A DNA stretch of 64,000 nucleotides, taken from positions 97,049 to 161,048 of the forward strand of contig NIVC01001764.1 of the NCBI GenBank assembly GCA_002269645.1, written 5' to 3'. Made by a program: the position numbers and the translations under genes. How positions within the stretch are numbered: the first letter of the stretch is position 1; the number at the start of each line of letters is the position of its first letter. Of the stretch, positions 37,097 through 53,560 are shown one piece after another. Under the pieces are notes generated by a model, which was given only the letters and a program-made list of their open reading frames with translations, was not told where the DNA came from and searched no databases. The stretch is from Macrostomum lignano. Its lineage: Eukaryota.

Positions 37097-38110
<1,014 letters not shown>

Positions 38111-38559
38111 AACTGTCACTGCAAAATACCGTTAGGTACCCCATGTTCCTAGATACACAATACATGCATATTCAATATAGCATTACATGCACCGAAGACA
38201 AACGGCCTTAATGACCTTCAAGAGTTATTATCCGCAGGGCAGCCAGCCTAATAATCCCTTTCCGAAGTCAGGCTATGCAGCACACGCAAAATTTCCTAAG
38301 ACCTTAATGCGAAATTTTACGATATCAGTCAGCCTCTCCCTGCCGCTAATCTATGATTGCCTTATCAGTGCTAGCATGTACGGGGCGCCATCTTATTTGA
38401 GGGCTGCCTATGCTGACTGATCCCTCATCAGATACTAATGTATATTTCTGCTCTTTGTTACTAGAATGAAAAGTTACGCATCTCATTGTTGAGAAGACTG
38501 CTCTACTTCTCTCTGTCGACTTTGTCGACTTCTACTTGTCTGATTCTATTATTTTTCGC

Positions 38560-38816
38560 GTCTACTTCTATTCTTCTATTTTCTATCTGTCTATTTCTCC
38601 CCATATTTACTTCTCTTCCTAACTATTTGCTTCTGTGTCTACTTCTCCAGTCTACTTCTCTCTCTGTCTACTTCTCTCTCTGTCTACTTCTCTCTCTGTC
38701 TACTTCTCTCTCTGTCTACTTCTCTCTCTGTCTACTTCTCTCTCTGTCTACTTCTCTCTATCTCCACTTCTCTAATTGGCTAACTTATTCTCTGTCAACT
38801 GCATTTTTCGTCTACT

Positions 38817-38859
<43 letters not shown>

Positions 38860-38882
38860 GTCTACTTCTCTATCTGTGTACT

Positions 38883-38914
<32 letters not shown>

Positions 38915-38945
38915 CCTCTCTCTCTGTCTACTTCTCTATCTGTGT

Positions 38946-38982
<37 letters not shown>

Positions 38983-39000
38983 CCTCTCTCTCTCCCTCTC

Positions 39001-39032
<32 letters not shown>

Positions 39033-39090
39033 TCTACTTCTCTATTTGTATACCTCTTTCTCTTTCAGCTGCTCTTTGCGTCTACTTCTC
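38560..39090. repeat. TCTACTTCTCTC(TC)nTG repeat and (CT)n
   Basis: Inverted relative of the GTAGACAGAGAA family. Confidence 0.85.
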
Positions 39091-39349
39091 TTCCTACAGT
39101 TCAGTGTTCAGTTCCACTCATCAAAGAGAAAATTTCGTCAAGTTGAGCTGGTCCGCACTCCACTTTCAGATTGACCCCCCACGCTTAGCTTTTCATGGCA
39201 ACTAATACTGCGAGTCCCTCTGAATAATTAATTATTGTTATTAAATTGGGTCTCGGAGCAAGCACTTGTGGGGCAGCAGCTTTTTCTCTGTCATGGACGT
39301 CTTGAGTTTAGTATCTGGATAGGAAAAAAATTATGTGAAAGTTCTAGAG

Positions 39350-39920
39350 TCTGACCCCATTGAAATGAGAGCAACGAGAGTCTCACCCCATTGAAATGAG
39401 AGCAACGAGAGTCTCACCCCATTGAAATGAGAGCAACGAGAATCTCACCCCATTGGAATGGCAGGAACGAGAGTCTCACCCCATTGGAATGAGAGCAACG
39501 AGAGTCTCACCCCATTGGAATGGCAGGAACGAGAGTCTCACCCCATTGGAATGGCAGGAACGAGAGTCTCACCCCATTGGAATGGCAGGAACGAGAGTCT
39601 CACCCCATTGGAATGGCAGGAACGAGAGTCTCACCCCATTGGAATGGTAGGAACGAGAATCTCACCCCATTGGAATGGCAGGAACGAGAATCTCACCCCA
39701 TTGGAATGGCAGGAACGAGAGTCTCACCCCATTGGAATGGCAGGAACGAGAGTCTCACCCCATTGGAATGGCAGGAACGAGAATCTCACCCCATTGGAAT
39801 GGCAGGAACGAGAATCTCACCCCATTGGAATGAGAGTAACGAGAATCTCACCCTTTCTGAGCGAACAGCACGAGAATCTCACCCTTTCTGAGCGAACGGC
39901 AGGAGAATCTCACCCTTTTA
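39350..39920. repeat. 31-bp minisatellite CCCCATTGGAATGGCAGGAACGAGAGTCTCA
   Basis: About 18 head-to-tail units, no spacers. Confidence 0.93.
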
Positions 39921-40249
39921 AGTGAAATGATTTCTCCCGTGAGCCAAAGCCAAGTAATCCAGTTCCAGATTTTTAATTTCAGGTCTCCATGGCTCCTTAA
40001 GAGCAGGTGAAGTCAAATCCTGGTCACCTTTCCTTTTCCTTCGGCATCGATTCCCCCCTCACCAAGCTTTCACGGTTAAACAATTTTCAATGAGCCGCCA
40101 GAGCAGATCAGAGGGATTTATCCCAAGGGATTTTGTCTGAAGTTTGAAGTTGACCGGTCTGACAAAAGTCAAAAGCCGAGGTTCGCTCGAGTTTGTTCAG
40201 ATAAATAAACTTCCTTTCTAACTGAATCCCCCCTTTACCTGATTTCGTT

Positions 40250-40640
40250 TAACCTGAATTTCCCTTCACCGGAACCCCCCCCCCTTACCTAAATTGCCCT
40301 GACCTAAATTCCCTTTTTCTGAATCCCCATTTCACCTGAATTCCCCTTCACCTGAATTTCCTTTCACTTGAATTCCCTTTCACCTGAATTCCCCTTAACC
40401 TGAATTCCCATTCACCTGAATTCCCCTTCACCTGAATTCCATTTCACCTGAATTCCCCTTCACCTGAATTCCCCTTCACCTGAATTCCCCTTCACCTGAA
40501 TTCCATTTCACCTGAATTCCCCTTCACCTGAATTCCCCTTCACCTGAATTCCCCTTCACCTGAGTTCACCCTTCACCTGAGTTCACCTTTCACCTGAATT
40601 TCGTTTCCCATTAATTCCCTTTCACCTGAATTTCCCTTCA
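40250..40640. repeat. 16-bp minisatellite CACCTGAATTCCCCTT
   Basis: Tandem units containing GAATTC. Confidence 0.88.
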
Positions 40641-41087
40641 CCGCTAAATTACTTCGTGATTTCCCAAACCAAAAAGTTCCCCCCAGATACCCCCGAATTT
40701 TTCTTTATTTTCCTTTGTTCATCGACTTTTAAAATTAAACAGAGAAAACCAGTGAGCGTTATTTGCCATGTAGTGCACGTCTCAAATGGCAGTGGAGCAT
40801 GGTGTTAAAAAATATATGTATTTAGTTTTGTTACACAACAATCAAATCTAATTGCAGAATTACAAGCATAAACAGTTACATGCATGATAATTCGTTTTAA
40901 ATACGCGTTCTAAATTTAAAACAAAACGAATCACTTCCAAGATTCAGAAACGTTAAAAAATCTTATGAACTTGTACATGAAAAATATCTTCGTTTGGTCA
41001 TCTGTGATGGTAACAATCTTAGGGCTTGAAAAAATCTTCCGAATGAAAACTTACAAGAATTTTCAAGAACAAAGTTTCTATGACCCA

Positions 41088-41610
41088 AAGTGTCTATGAC
41101 CCAAAGTGCCTATGACCCAAAGTGTCTATGACCCAAAGTGTCTATGACCCAAAGTGTCTATGACCCAAAGTGCCTATGACCCAAAGTGTCTATGACCCAA
41201 AGTGTCTATGACCCAAAGTGTCTATGACCCAAAGTGTCTATGACCCAAAGTGTCTATGACCCAAAGTGTCTTTGACCCAAAGTGTCTATGACCCAAAGTG
41301 TCTATGACCCAAAGTGCCTATGACCCAAAGTGTCTATGACCCAAAGTGTCTATGACCCAAAGTGCCTATGACCCAAAGTGTCTATGACTCAAAGTGCCTA
41401 TGACCCAAAGTGTCTATGACCCAAAGTGTCTATGACCCAAAGTTTCTATGACCCAAAGTGCCTATGACCCAAAGTGTTTATGACCCAAAGTGTCTATGAC
41501 CCAAAGTGCCTATGACCCAAAGTGTCTATGACCCAAAGTGCCTATGACCCAAAGTGTCTATGACCCAAAGTGCCTATGACCCAAAGTGTCTATGACCCAA
41601 AGCTATAACC
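41088..41610. repeat. 16-bp minisatellite TATGACCCAAAGTGTC
   Basis: About 32 units. Confidence 0.95.
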
Positions 41611-42189
41611 CAAATTGGGTCTGACACAGACAGTGTTTCTAACTCAAAAATGTGGGTCGATGACCCTAGCTACATCATGACCCTAAATTGTCCAACGCGC
41701 TTCGAGTTTTTGCATGACACGAAAAATTTGTAACAATATCTGGTAATACGAGCGTAAGTATTTACAATTACATGCAAAGCAACAACGGCGTAATCCATAA
41801 AATTTACAAAATTTCTATAGTTTGCAAAAATGCTGGCCATTTTTTGAATTGTCCAAATTTCATGTGTCGATTGGACTTAATCTATAAACACTTGAAAAAT
41901 GCTCAATTTACCTAATAGAAGAATTCAATTATTCCCAAAAGCAAAGTAAATAGATCCGTTTAAACAGGGTGGCACAACAATAAGGAGAACAGATAAACAT
42001 ATTGACGCAAAAATGACTACATTTAGTTAAACTGCTAAGGGGCTTAAACAGTTAATCATAACTGTTAGACACATTTACACACTTACAAACTTCCTTGCTG
42101 AGTGAGAACTGTCTTTTCGAGATGGTTTGACAACATTAAAATTGTCCGTTGGGCATGACTTCAGAATGAAGATTTTCCTTGCTGAAAAT

Positions 42190-42670
42190 CCTTATCTGAC
42201 AACCCTCCTTATCTGACAACCCTCCTTATCTGACAGCCCTCCTTATCTGACAGCCCTCCTTATCTGACAACCCTCCTTATCTGACAACCCTCCTTATCTC
42301 ACAACCCTCCTTATCTGACAACCCTCCTTATCTGACAGCCCTCCTTATCTGACAACCCTCCTTATCTGACAACCCTCCTTATCTGACAGCCCTCCTTATC
42401 TGACTACCCTCCTTATCTCACAACCCTCCTTATCTGACAGCCCTCCTTATCTGACAACCCTCCTTATCTGACAGCCCTCCTTATCTGACAACCCTCCTTA
42501 TCTGACAGCCCTCCTTATCTGACTACCCTCCTTATCTCACAACCCTCCTTATCTGACAGCCCTCCTTATCTGACAGCCCTCCTTATCTGACAGCCCTCCT
42601 TATCTGACAACCCTCCTTATCTGACAACCCTCTTATCTGACAACCCTCTTATCTGACAACCCTCCTTATC
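42190..42670. repeat. 17-bp minisatellite TGACAACCCTCCTTATC
   Basis: About 28 units. Confidence 0.94.
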
Positions 42671-42872
42671 TGGTAACCATCATAGCTCAGAAAATTAGGA
42701 ATCTGACAGTGCCCTAAATAGCTGACAACCTACAAGTCAACCTACAACTAAGTCCCTGTTTTCTGACAACCCTTTAACACTGTATTGAAAACCGCAACAC
42801 CAGATTAATTCAACATGTGAGCGCATGCAAAATCAGGAAACAAATCTAATTCAAACTCAGAGATCCATCGGT

Positions 42873-44249
42873 TCAGAGCCGGTCCTCCTGTTGCAGTCGT
42901 TGAATCGCTGCCTGCAGTTCGCTGTGCGGAATCCGCTGAGAATTGCCGCTAGTCCTGGCCCCGCTGCCGCCGAATTCACTCAAGGACATCTGGTAGCCGA
43001 TCGGGGTCAGAGTGCCTGCAGCAGCAGCGGCCGTTGTCGAGGTGGCCATGGGAGTCAGCGAGCTGAGTAGGCCGGAGCTGCCGCCCATGCCTCCAGTGTC
43101 CAGAGCCACTCCGCTGCCTCTCGGCCGTCCGGCCCTGGCCTGCACCAGATGGTGCTGACAATTGCCCATCGTGGACCTCGGATGCGAGCCCGTGCCGCCG
43201 AAGGCTGCCGCAGCCGCCGCCCTGCCGCAGAAGATCCTGTACAGAATCTGCTTGGATTTCTGGCGAAAGATTTTACCAGCGGCGCAGTAGAACACCCAGT
43301 TGAGGCTAGCGTTGAGGAAGCACAGCGATCTGAACAGATAATAATAGAACTTGTGCAAACTTTTGGCTATGTTGATGCCCACTTTGTTCTCCAATCGAAA
43401 GTTCAAGTCCATCATGTAGATTAGCAGGGGAAATGTGGTGCACAGGTAGAACAGGTTTATGCAAACCAACAGACGGGTGACGTGAGCGCCCTGGTCCGAG
43501 CCATGCCTCCGTCCGCCGATCAGAGCTGGCGGTTTAGGCGTCCGAGACTCTCTTCGTTCGTCCTTCGGCTTGTTGGCCTTGAACTGGCGGCCCCGCTTGT
43601 AGGCCACAAGCCGGTAGGAGATGCAGCCGGTGCAGATCAGCATGGAGGCCAGCGGGATGATGCCCCAGACAATCAAGTGCACCAGGGTCGTCACATAGTA
43701 GAACCATTTGTCCACTGGTTCGCAGTCGTCTCGCTCTCCGATGTGCCAATAGAGCAGGTAGGTAATGTTGGGGAAGAGCAGCAGCAGAGTGAGGCAGCCC
43801 CAGATTATGAACACTCGTTGACTGCTCAGCAGAGTTCGAGCGCGTAGCGGCGACGCAATGAATACGAGGCGTTGCACGGAGATTGCGGCCTGGTTGTAGG
43901 CGCTCCAGTAAAAGAAGAAGTTGCTCACGTAGACCTGCATTTTGCAGATAATCAAGCCTTGGTCGCGAAAGTCGTAACCAAATGCCTGTTTGATGAACAT
44001 TCGTCCAGCGTCCCAGATGAGGATCATGAAGTCGCCGAAGCAGATGCTAACTAACCAGACCTGGATGATTTTGGGGAACATTTTCGACATGAAGATGAAC
44101 AAGGTGCAGAACAAGCCGCCAATGGTGCCAACAAGCAGCACTAAAGGCAAGTACCAGCTCAGAAAGTAGCGATCCAAATTTGTGAACAATAATTTTCCCA
44201 GCTTCTCCTGCTGGTCCAGATCTGTGAAATTGTTTTCTGTAGAATTCAT
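42873..44249 (-). CDS. Intronless class A (rhodopsin-like) orphan GPCR, 458 aa
   Basis: ATG at 44249 (MNSTENNFTD, two N-glycosylation sequons), seven hydrophobic segments, TM2 GD, TM3 Cys plus ECL2 Cys, SVQRL at the DRY position, TM6 TTFP, TM7 NASLNWVFY. Confidence 0.92.
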   Translation of the reverse strand: MNSTENNFTDLDQQEKLGKLLFTNLDRYFLSWYLPLVLLVGTIGGLFCTLFIFMSKMFPKIIQVWLVSICFGDFMILIWDAGRMFIKQAFGYDFRDQGLIICKMQVYVSNFFFYWSAYNQAAISVQRLVFIASPLRARTLLSSQRVFIIWGCLTLLLLFPNITYLLYWHIGERDDCEPVDKWFYYVTTLVHLIVWGIIPLASMLICTGCISYRLVAYKRGRQFKANKPKDERRESRTPKPPALIGGRRHGSDQGAHVTRLLVCINLFYLCTTFPLLIYMMDLNFRLENKVGINIAKSLHKFYYYLFRSLCFLNASLNWVFYCAAGKIFRQKSKQILYRIFCGRAAAAAAFGGTGSHPRSTMGNCQHHLVQARAGRPRGSGVALDTGGMGGSSGLLSSLTPMATSTTAAAAAGTLTPIGYQMSLSEFGGSGARTSGNSQRIPHSELQAAIQRLQQEDRL

Positions 44250-46509
44250 TGCTAGTATAAGATTCGAAAGGCTCAAGACTTGAATTGTGTTGAAGAGCTT
44301 CCACACTATCCAGTCAGTTCGCAGACTTATGATGAAGCTACATTATGTCTCTGTGTCCTTGCCGAAGCCTGACTGGCTTGTGGAGTTGAAGACCAATGGG
44401 TAGAGGGGGGCGTCTGTGACTCTCTCTCTCTCTCTCTCTCTCTCTCAGGAAGTGATGTTGTTGCAGTTCGCGTCGTTCGGTCTGCACACTGCAGCACGAA
44501 TGAAGTTGTTGGACCCACCCAGCTTCACTAAATTAGTCTTATAGATATTTAGATTTGATTTCTAACGAGTAAAAGACACGGCACGTTTCAAGCTTGACTC
44601 GCACTGTCTGCATGCATCATCTGCATCAGTCAAATATGCACGATTTGCAGTACATTACATGTCGAATTTTTTTGCTTGAATCTAGATATCACAATACTAG
44701 AGTAATGCTGACTACGATATAAAGCCATGTACACAAGCAGGCTGATATATGAGATTAAGCAGGCTGCTATCCAATGCAGAGAGCCATATGCAGCGAAAAG
44801 CACTGGATAGACTTGCATATACAATAAGCCCATGCAGGCTATGCAAGGCTGAAGGCAAATATAGGGCGGTTGTTGGCCACCCACCAACCCTGCCCCGTTT
44901 TCGCATGATAGATTAGTGGGATTAGAAAACTATTATAAGCGTCACTTCCCATGCATTCTGCCGATGTATATGGGGAAAAAGTGAAGGCTTTGAAAAGCGA
45001 TGTTGGGATGAAATGGGGCAGAGTGAAGCTGGGAGCTTGCAGGCAGAAATAAAAGACCCTATCAACGACTGGATAAGGGTTAGGCACTTTGTAGTGGAAC
45101 CAACAAGAGTGGAACCAACAATCGTAGGAAAGTACATGTATCCCGACTGACGAGATGAAAGACCCAGATCACTACCCGTGCAGCAGAGATCTGTTGACAC
45201 CGAGCACGTTGGGTAACGTTGGCAGACATCTAAATGTGCCAGTTGGTTCTTTGCCAAATAAATTCGATTCAAAGAGTTAGAAATTCTATTTTTTTCCCTG
45301 CAGCAAATCGCTTGAAAAATTGAATTGTCTCAGAACAAGGGGATGGCCGCCGACTCAATTACGCTCGTATATTCAGTTGGGCGGCGGCACTGGCGGAGGC
45401 GGCCCATCGGCACGCAACGTCCAACACGTAAAATTGTGGAATTATGTATGAGTCTGGACTGAAAGCAGAAAGGCGGCATTGGGCCGGCAGCTCAACGGTC
45501 AGAAGATTAAAATTTTTCCCGCATCCTCATGGGTATTGGAATGTGAAATTAAGCAAAGAATGGGGCTTCTCTTCCAAGCGATCGAACACGTGGAACAAGT
45601 CGCTACAGTTGACAAGAAATGCGTGGGTGTTGTGTCCGTGCGACCTACTTTCATTCTGTCAGCCTGCCAGAACTACTGGAGACTGACTGCCAAAGGCACT
45701 AAATGCTAAACGGGATTATTTATGTTAGAATTCCGTCTGCAACCTCAGTGACTTTCGAGTCAAGAGACAAGCTAACACAATAAGAATTGTAAATGACACT
45801 ACTAGGCATATCAAGTAAACTTCAAAGAAAGATTTTGCTTTTTTACTTGTAACTATAAAGCTGTTTTAGACTGTTATAAGATCGTAAACTTTGTCAACTT
45901 GATGCTTCATCACGCAAAACTTACTGCTCAAAATTTACATTTAATTTTATATGCACGTAAACGATCGGACAGTGTCTTCAAAATTCAGCAGTGAACTCTG
46001 CCCCAGGAAATTTAACAGAGAAAGTTTTATTCACATATTGGATAGTATTTCTATGTTTATGTTGCGTAATCATTTAGCCAGGTGCACATTTTGCACATTT
46101 TAGCTGTAAATCGAACCTTGACAGTAGCAACTTAGAAAAAGCACCTTCCAAACATTGATTCGCTATTGGGTTAACAAGCAGAACGGAATTAAAAGAAAAC
46201 AGGCGATGTTGAGCAAAAAATTATATCTGGAAGCTGAAGCCAGCTGAAACGTGACGTTCATTCTGTGCAAACTGCATCTTTGCCGAGCCGCGCGGGAGGA
46301 ACGGTTCAATATTAGCTCAACAGCTGCGTGTACTTAAGATAGAGCTTTTGGCTTTCAAAAACCAATTTTTTCATGCTTAGTCAATGTCGTAGACTATATA
46401 ATGTATGCATAACATTTTAGCTAATATCGAATTTCTTCAGTGCAGCACATGCGAAGAAACATCATCGACCACCAACTAATTTAAAAGGACTAACACAGAG
46501 ATATTTTCC

Positions 46510-46975
46510 GACCCACTCGATGTACACTGCGGCCATAGACTGAACTTGAGTGAGTGGATATTTGCACACTCGATGTACAGTGCGGCCATAGACTGAACTT
46601 GAGTGAGTGGATATTTCCACACTCGATGTACACTGCGGCCATAGACTGAATTTGAGAGAGAGGGTATTTGTACACTCGATGTACTCTGCTGCCATAGACT
46701 GAATTTGAGAGAGAGGGTATTTGCACACTCGATGTACAGTGCAGCCATAGACTGAACTTGAGTGAGTGGATATTTGCACACTCGATGTACAGTGCGGCCA
46801 TAGACTGAACTTGAGTGAGTGGATATTTGCACACTCGATGTACAGTGCGGCCATAGACTGAACTTGAGTGAGTGGATATTTGCACACTCGATGAACAGTG
46901 CGGCCATAGACTGAATTTGAGAGATATTGTATTTTTACACTCGATGTACTCTGCGGCCATAGATTGAATTTGAGG
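46510..46975. repeat. 53-bp minisatellite CACTCGATGTACAGTGCGGCCATAGACTGAACTTGAGTGAGTGGATATTTGCA
   Basis: About 9 units, period 53. Confidence 0.92.
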
Positions 46976-47456
46976 GGATAAGAGATTTGCACAGTTGTAT
47001 TAAAATTTTAAATGCTATATGTTAAAAGAAACGAAACAAGCGTAAAAGTGCATAAAAGGTAGAAGGGTCACAGTGACCCCCCGGTCACACAGTTTTAGCC
47101 TTAGTTTATTTCGTACTATCATGAGTTCGCTAAGCCTGCTGATTAATAATAGGGAAAATCAATTAACTGATAAAATTTCGGGATCAGAGAACTGTATTTC
47201 CTGAGTTCCCAGTCAGATAAACTGCAGCATACAACAGAATCCGAGATCTTCTTGAGTGCTCAGTTAAGAAAATACTTTGCGCACGAACGTTGAACTTTAT
47301 TCGACTTAGAGGCATTTGCGACAGCCAATAGTGATAAATCAGTTGGGACAAGATACGTTTTTCAAGGCTCACCAGCTTAAGTTAGACCAAAGACTGTTTG
47401 AGAACGACGTTTGATAAAATTGATCATCTGTAAACTACAATTCAGGATGCTTAGAC

Positions 47457-47745
47457 TTGACTGCAACAGATCCTTCAGGACCTTCAGGCTTGACTGCAAC
47501 AGATCCTTCAGGACCCTCAGTCAACAGATCCTTCAGGACCCTCAGGCTTGACTGCACGGATCCTTCAAAACCCTCAGGCTTACCTGCAACAGATCCTTCA
47601 GGACCCTCAGTCAACAGATCCTTCAGGACCCTCAGTCAACAGATCCTTCAGGACCCTCAGTCAACAGATCCTTCAGGACCCTCAGGCTTGACCGCAACAG
47701 ATCATTTAGGACCCATTCAGGCCTGACTGCAACAGATCCTCTGGG
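47457..47745. repeat. Composite repeat of about 25/33 bp around CAACAGATCCTTCAGGACCCTCAG
   Basis: Two alternating unit lengths. Confidence 0.85.
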
Positions 47746-48349
47746 ACCAATCTTTCTAGACCATAAATTAAACGATTAGTGATCTACAGACGCAACTATC
47801 ATAGGCTTCATACTCTAATATTAATAGTGCAGATGATGAATATAAAACCGCCCAGAAAACCTTCCTATAAGAGTGGTCAAACATTGAGACAGGAACCCGT
47901 GAGAACATTCACTCAAATCTATTCCATTGATTGAGTGCGACTTTATGCTGATGACAATTCTACATGCGAAAGTGGCAAACTCTGCTGTGCTAATGCAGCC
48001 AGTTCCGGTCAGCTTATTGTCCGAGAGAGGCAGCTGCAGCTAGTAAAACCTTTGTTCACAGCTTCGTCCAAGCGTTCTGTGTTGTTTGAGGCATAATGAG
48101 TCCTCTCTGGTTTGTGCGTTGGCTATCAAGTCTTCCCATTAATACAAGCCATCTCATCCGTCTAGCATATTCTGATTGTGAATGCAAAAATGCTTTTATT
48201 GCCTGCGACCAAACAGAAGATTAATCGGATTGAGTTGGGACGGATTTGAAGCCCCAGTTCTGGCAATATCGGCTGCGCTGAACTGCATTGCACCAACGCG
48301 TCTCTATTCAGTCATGGTGCTCTAAAACTAGGGGGTTCTGGGTTTTAGT

Positions 48350-50525
<2,176 letters not shown>

Positions 50526-53059
50526 ATATTCATAAGGCAGTTTGAAACTGCAAACCACGCACTCGGAAGATATTGAAGGTTACCAGTTGTCGAATGTTCG
50601 AAAAAAGATATTTCGGCCCAGACTGGGCCTTCGTCAGGGTTTATTTATTCGGGTTTAAAAACAAATATATTGGCACCTGTGTGAGCATGTGCATGGAGTG
50701 CTTGTTATCTCAGCGCTGGTTGTGGTCGCAGGGTCAGGGCCTAAACTGCGACAGCCACACCTTTTTTAAAGAATCTTAGAATTTTTTTACTTAAAATTCA
50801 AAAGCTTTAGACAAGAAACCACATACTTGACTACTATAAGCAGTAAAAGAAACAAATCTTGCCAGCAAATAAGCAGCCTTGCGACTATTTGTTTTAATAA
50901 AATATATAAGATAAAGATAAAAAAATATGAGTCATCATTTTAAGTTTTCATCTTTAGAAGAAAACAAAAGGAATTAGAGGTAATTTTACCTTCAATGTAT
51001 ATATTTAATCAGTGCAAAAGACGCTCGCATTCTTAGCAAACAAAAGTAGCATGAATGTGACGTGAAAAATCAAACAACTGAAGTCTCAGAACATGTCACT
51101 CTGGTACAGATCTAAAAAGCATCGAGTTAAAACAAAAAGGTACGGTATTCTTACGGTAAATTTACGATATATTTTACTATTTACAGCTTATCACAGCCTT
51201 GGACGGACCAAATAGGTTTTGCATGCACAGTTTGAAAAAAAGCACACAGCGCATCATTTAAACAAAATATCAATAACAAGCTCAAAGTCGTTATGTAAGC
51301 AAGATTTTTATCGGACACGTTGCAAGCAAACGTCATTTTTTTGCTATTTTGTCAACTGTTGCTAGGAACAAATCAATATTTGAACCTTGGCATCAACTGA
51401 CCAAATATTAAAACAAAAATTCAGAAAATGAAAAAAAATCACGCAAAATTGTACGTATTGTTTTGTTCATCGCTAAGGCACGCGTAGTGTTTGTTAAAAT
51501 TAATACCAGTCTTTCTATACGTACTATCTAAAATTGATTAAATATACTGCTTAACTACTAACACTGTTATCAACTCAGTAGTGCAGGCGAGTATCTAAAC
51601 TAAGAAAAGATAGAACAATAGAAGAAACACAAAAAATAAAAAAATAACACTAAGGAAATATGACAACACTTGAGAAAAAAATAAACAAACACCGCCGCTA
51701 CATCATAGCGCTAGGAGAGGCCTCAACGTGCAACTCGAATCCTCAGATGTTAATCCATCTCTGAAACAAAATAGTGCAATGGATTAGTCATATGATTAAC
51801 ATTACTGATAAAAATAGTACAATATGCTATTTAACTGTGCATCGATAAAACTTACCTCGGCTTTACTGCAGGCCGGCAACAAGGGCTCGGCGGAGCCTCT
51901 GCACTCTGCAGGTTCCTCCCTAGCGCTGCAATGCAGAGCGAAGCGGCCGCGGGTTCTGAGCGAGATTTTGCAATTTTTAAAAGCCGCTTCTCGCCCCACC
52001 CCCTATCCTACCCGCCGTCAGCGCCTGCCCCCTCCCAAACAGAGTCTCGCGTTGCCTCGTTGCCATTGACAACAGAGAAGAGAGAGAGATGGATTAGGAG
52101 AGACAGAGGCAGAGAGAGAGGGGGATAGACAGAAAATGGGCTCCACTCCTCTGTCCTGGCCATTGTTGTTGCTGGGGCAGAGGTGAGGCACTGTTGTTGC
52201 ATTGGAGGCCAGCGATAGTGGAGTGAGTGAGTGCGTGGAGGCTGGATTCTGGATGAAGCCCTTTTAGAAGATGCTCCCCCAAAGGCTATGCAGTTGAGAG
52301 AGGGCTGAAAACAGAGACAGGGGGAGAGAGAGAGACTTGGAGTGAGAATATTTTGACAGAAAGGCAGCAGGTTAGTGCACACTACAATAGGGTTTAAGCT
52401 CAAGCCTTGTGCGACCCAGCAGTGCATTGTACTTGCCTGTCAGTTTTATTAGGGCTTAATTAGAATCTTGGGAAGGGGGGCAAAGCACGTAGCCGCCCCC
52501 TCTCGTACCTGACGCATCCAACTCCTGGCTTGAGAAGGCTGGATGAAAATGAAGCTCTTAGTGTAGAGTTCTATTGTGTGTGACGCTTCTGTACCTGACC
52601 CAACCCTCTGTGCAGTGCAGCTCAGAATGAATAGTGGGTTGAGTATAGCGAAGAGGTCCACAATTTCTAGAATTTTCTACAGAAGAAAAACGTAACAAGC
52701 GGACAGAAATTATGCATAATTTATTGTTGCTACCTGAAGTTTAAGTCTTGGCCATCCAGATGTTTTAATGTAACCCTAGTTTTAATGTTACAGAATCTTT
52801 GTTACATTTTTCCTAATCTCAACTGATCCCTCACGTCAATATCAATGTAAAAAAAATCCCAGCCCTTGGACTGAACAGCCGTACGCAGCCTTCAGATGCG
52901 CCGCGCAATAGCTGCGGCTGAGCTGTCGGTTGCACATCTGGCCCTATTGGGGCAGGTGTGATCAATAATCAGAAAATATTATGTAGATAAAATGTTTTAA
53001 AATATAAAAAATGTTTTGGTATAAAATGAATACGCTAGTGGATGCTATATCAATCAATT

Positions 53060-53560
53060 AATATTGCCGCTTTTTACATCAATCTTGTTGCTATTTACAT
53101 CAATCTTGTTGCTATTTACATGTACATCAATATTGTTGCTATTTACATCAATATTGTTGCTATTTACATCAATCTTGTTGCTATTTACATCAATCTTGTT
53201 GCTTTTTACATCAATCTTGTTGCTATGTACATCAATCTTGTTGCTATTTACATGTACATCAATATTGTTGCTATTTACATCAATCTTATCGCTTTTTACA
53301 TCAATATTGTTGCTATTTACATCAATATTGTTGCTTTTTACATCAATATTGCCGCTTTTTGAATATCAATATTATCGTTTTTTACATCAATCTTGTTGCT
53401 ATTTACATGTACATCAATATTGTTGCTATTTACATCAATCTTATCGCTTTTTACATCAATCTTGTTGCTATGTACATCAATATTGTTGCTTTTTACATCA
53501 ATATTGTTGCTTTTTGAATATCAGTCTTATCGTTTTTTAAATCAATCTTGTTGCTTTTTA
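53060..53560. repeat. 21-bp minisatellite TTTACATCAATCTTGTTGCTA
   Basis: Units with occasional CATGTA insertion. Confidence 0.9.

Noticed and set aside
44250-44306. N-terminal extension of the GPCR ORF in the track
   Set aside because: Begins at GTG; the first ATG at 44249 gives a typical glycosylated N-terminus.
44900-45710. Short ORFs upstream of the GPCR
   Set aside because: No motif or consistent splice structure in any frame.
47935-47958. VRLYADD, resembling a LINE reverse transcriptase motif
   Set aside because: Preceded by a stop, and flanking residues lack RT similarity.
52136-52182. Alternative signal-peptide exon MGSTPLSWPLLLLGQ with a phase-2 donor
   Set aside because: Phase-compatible, but 54070-54110 gives a better and closer signal peptide; no other support.
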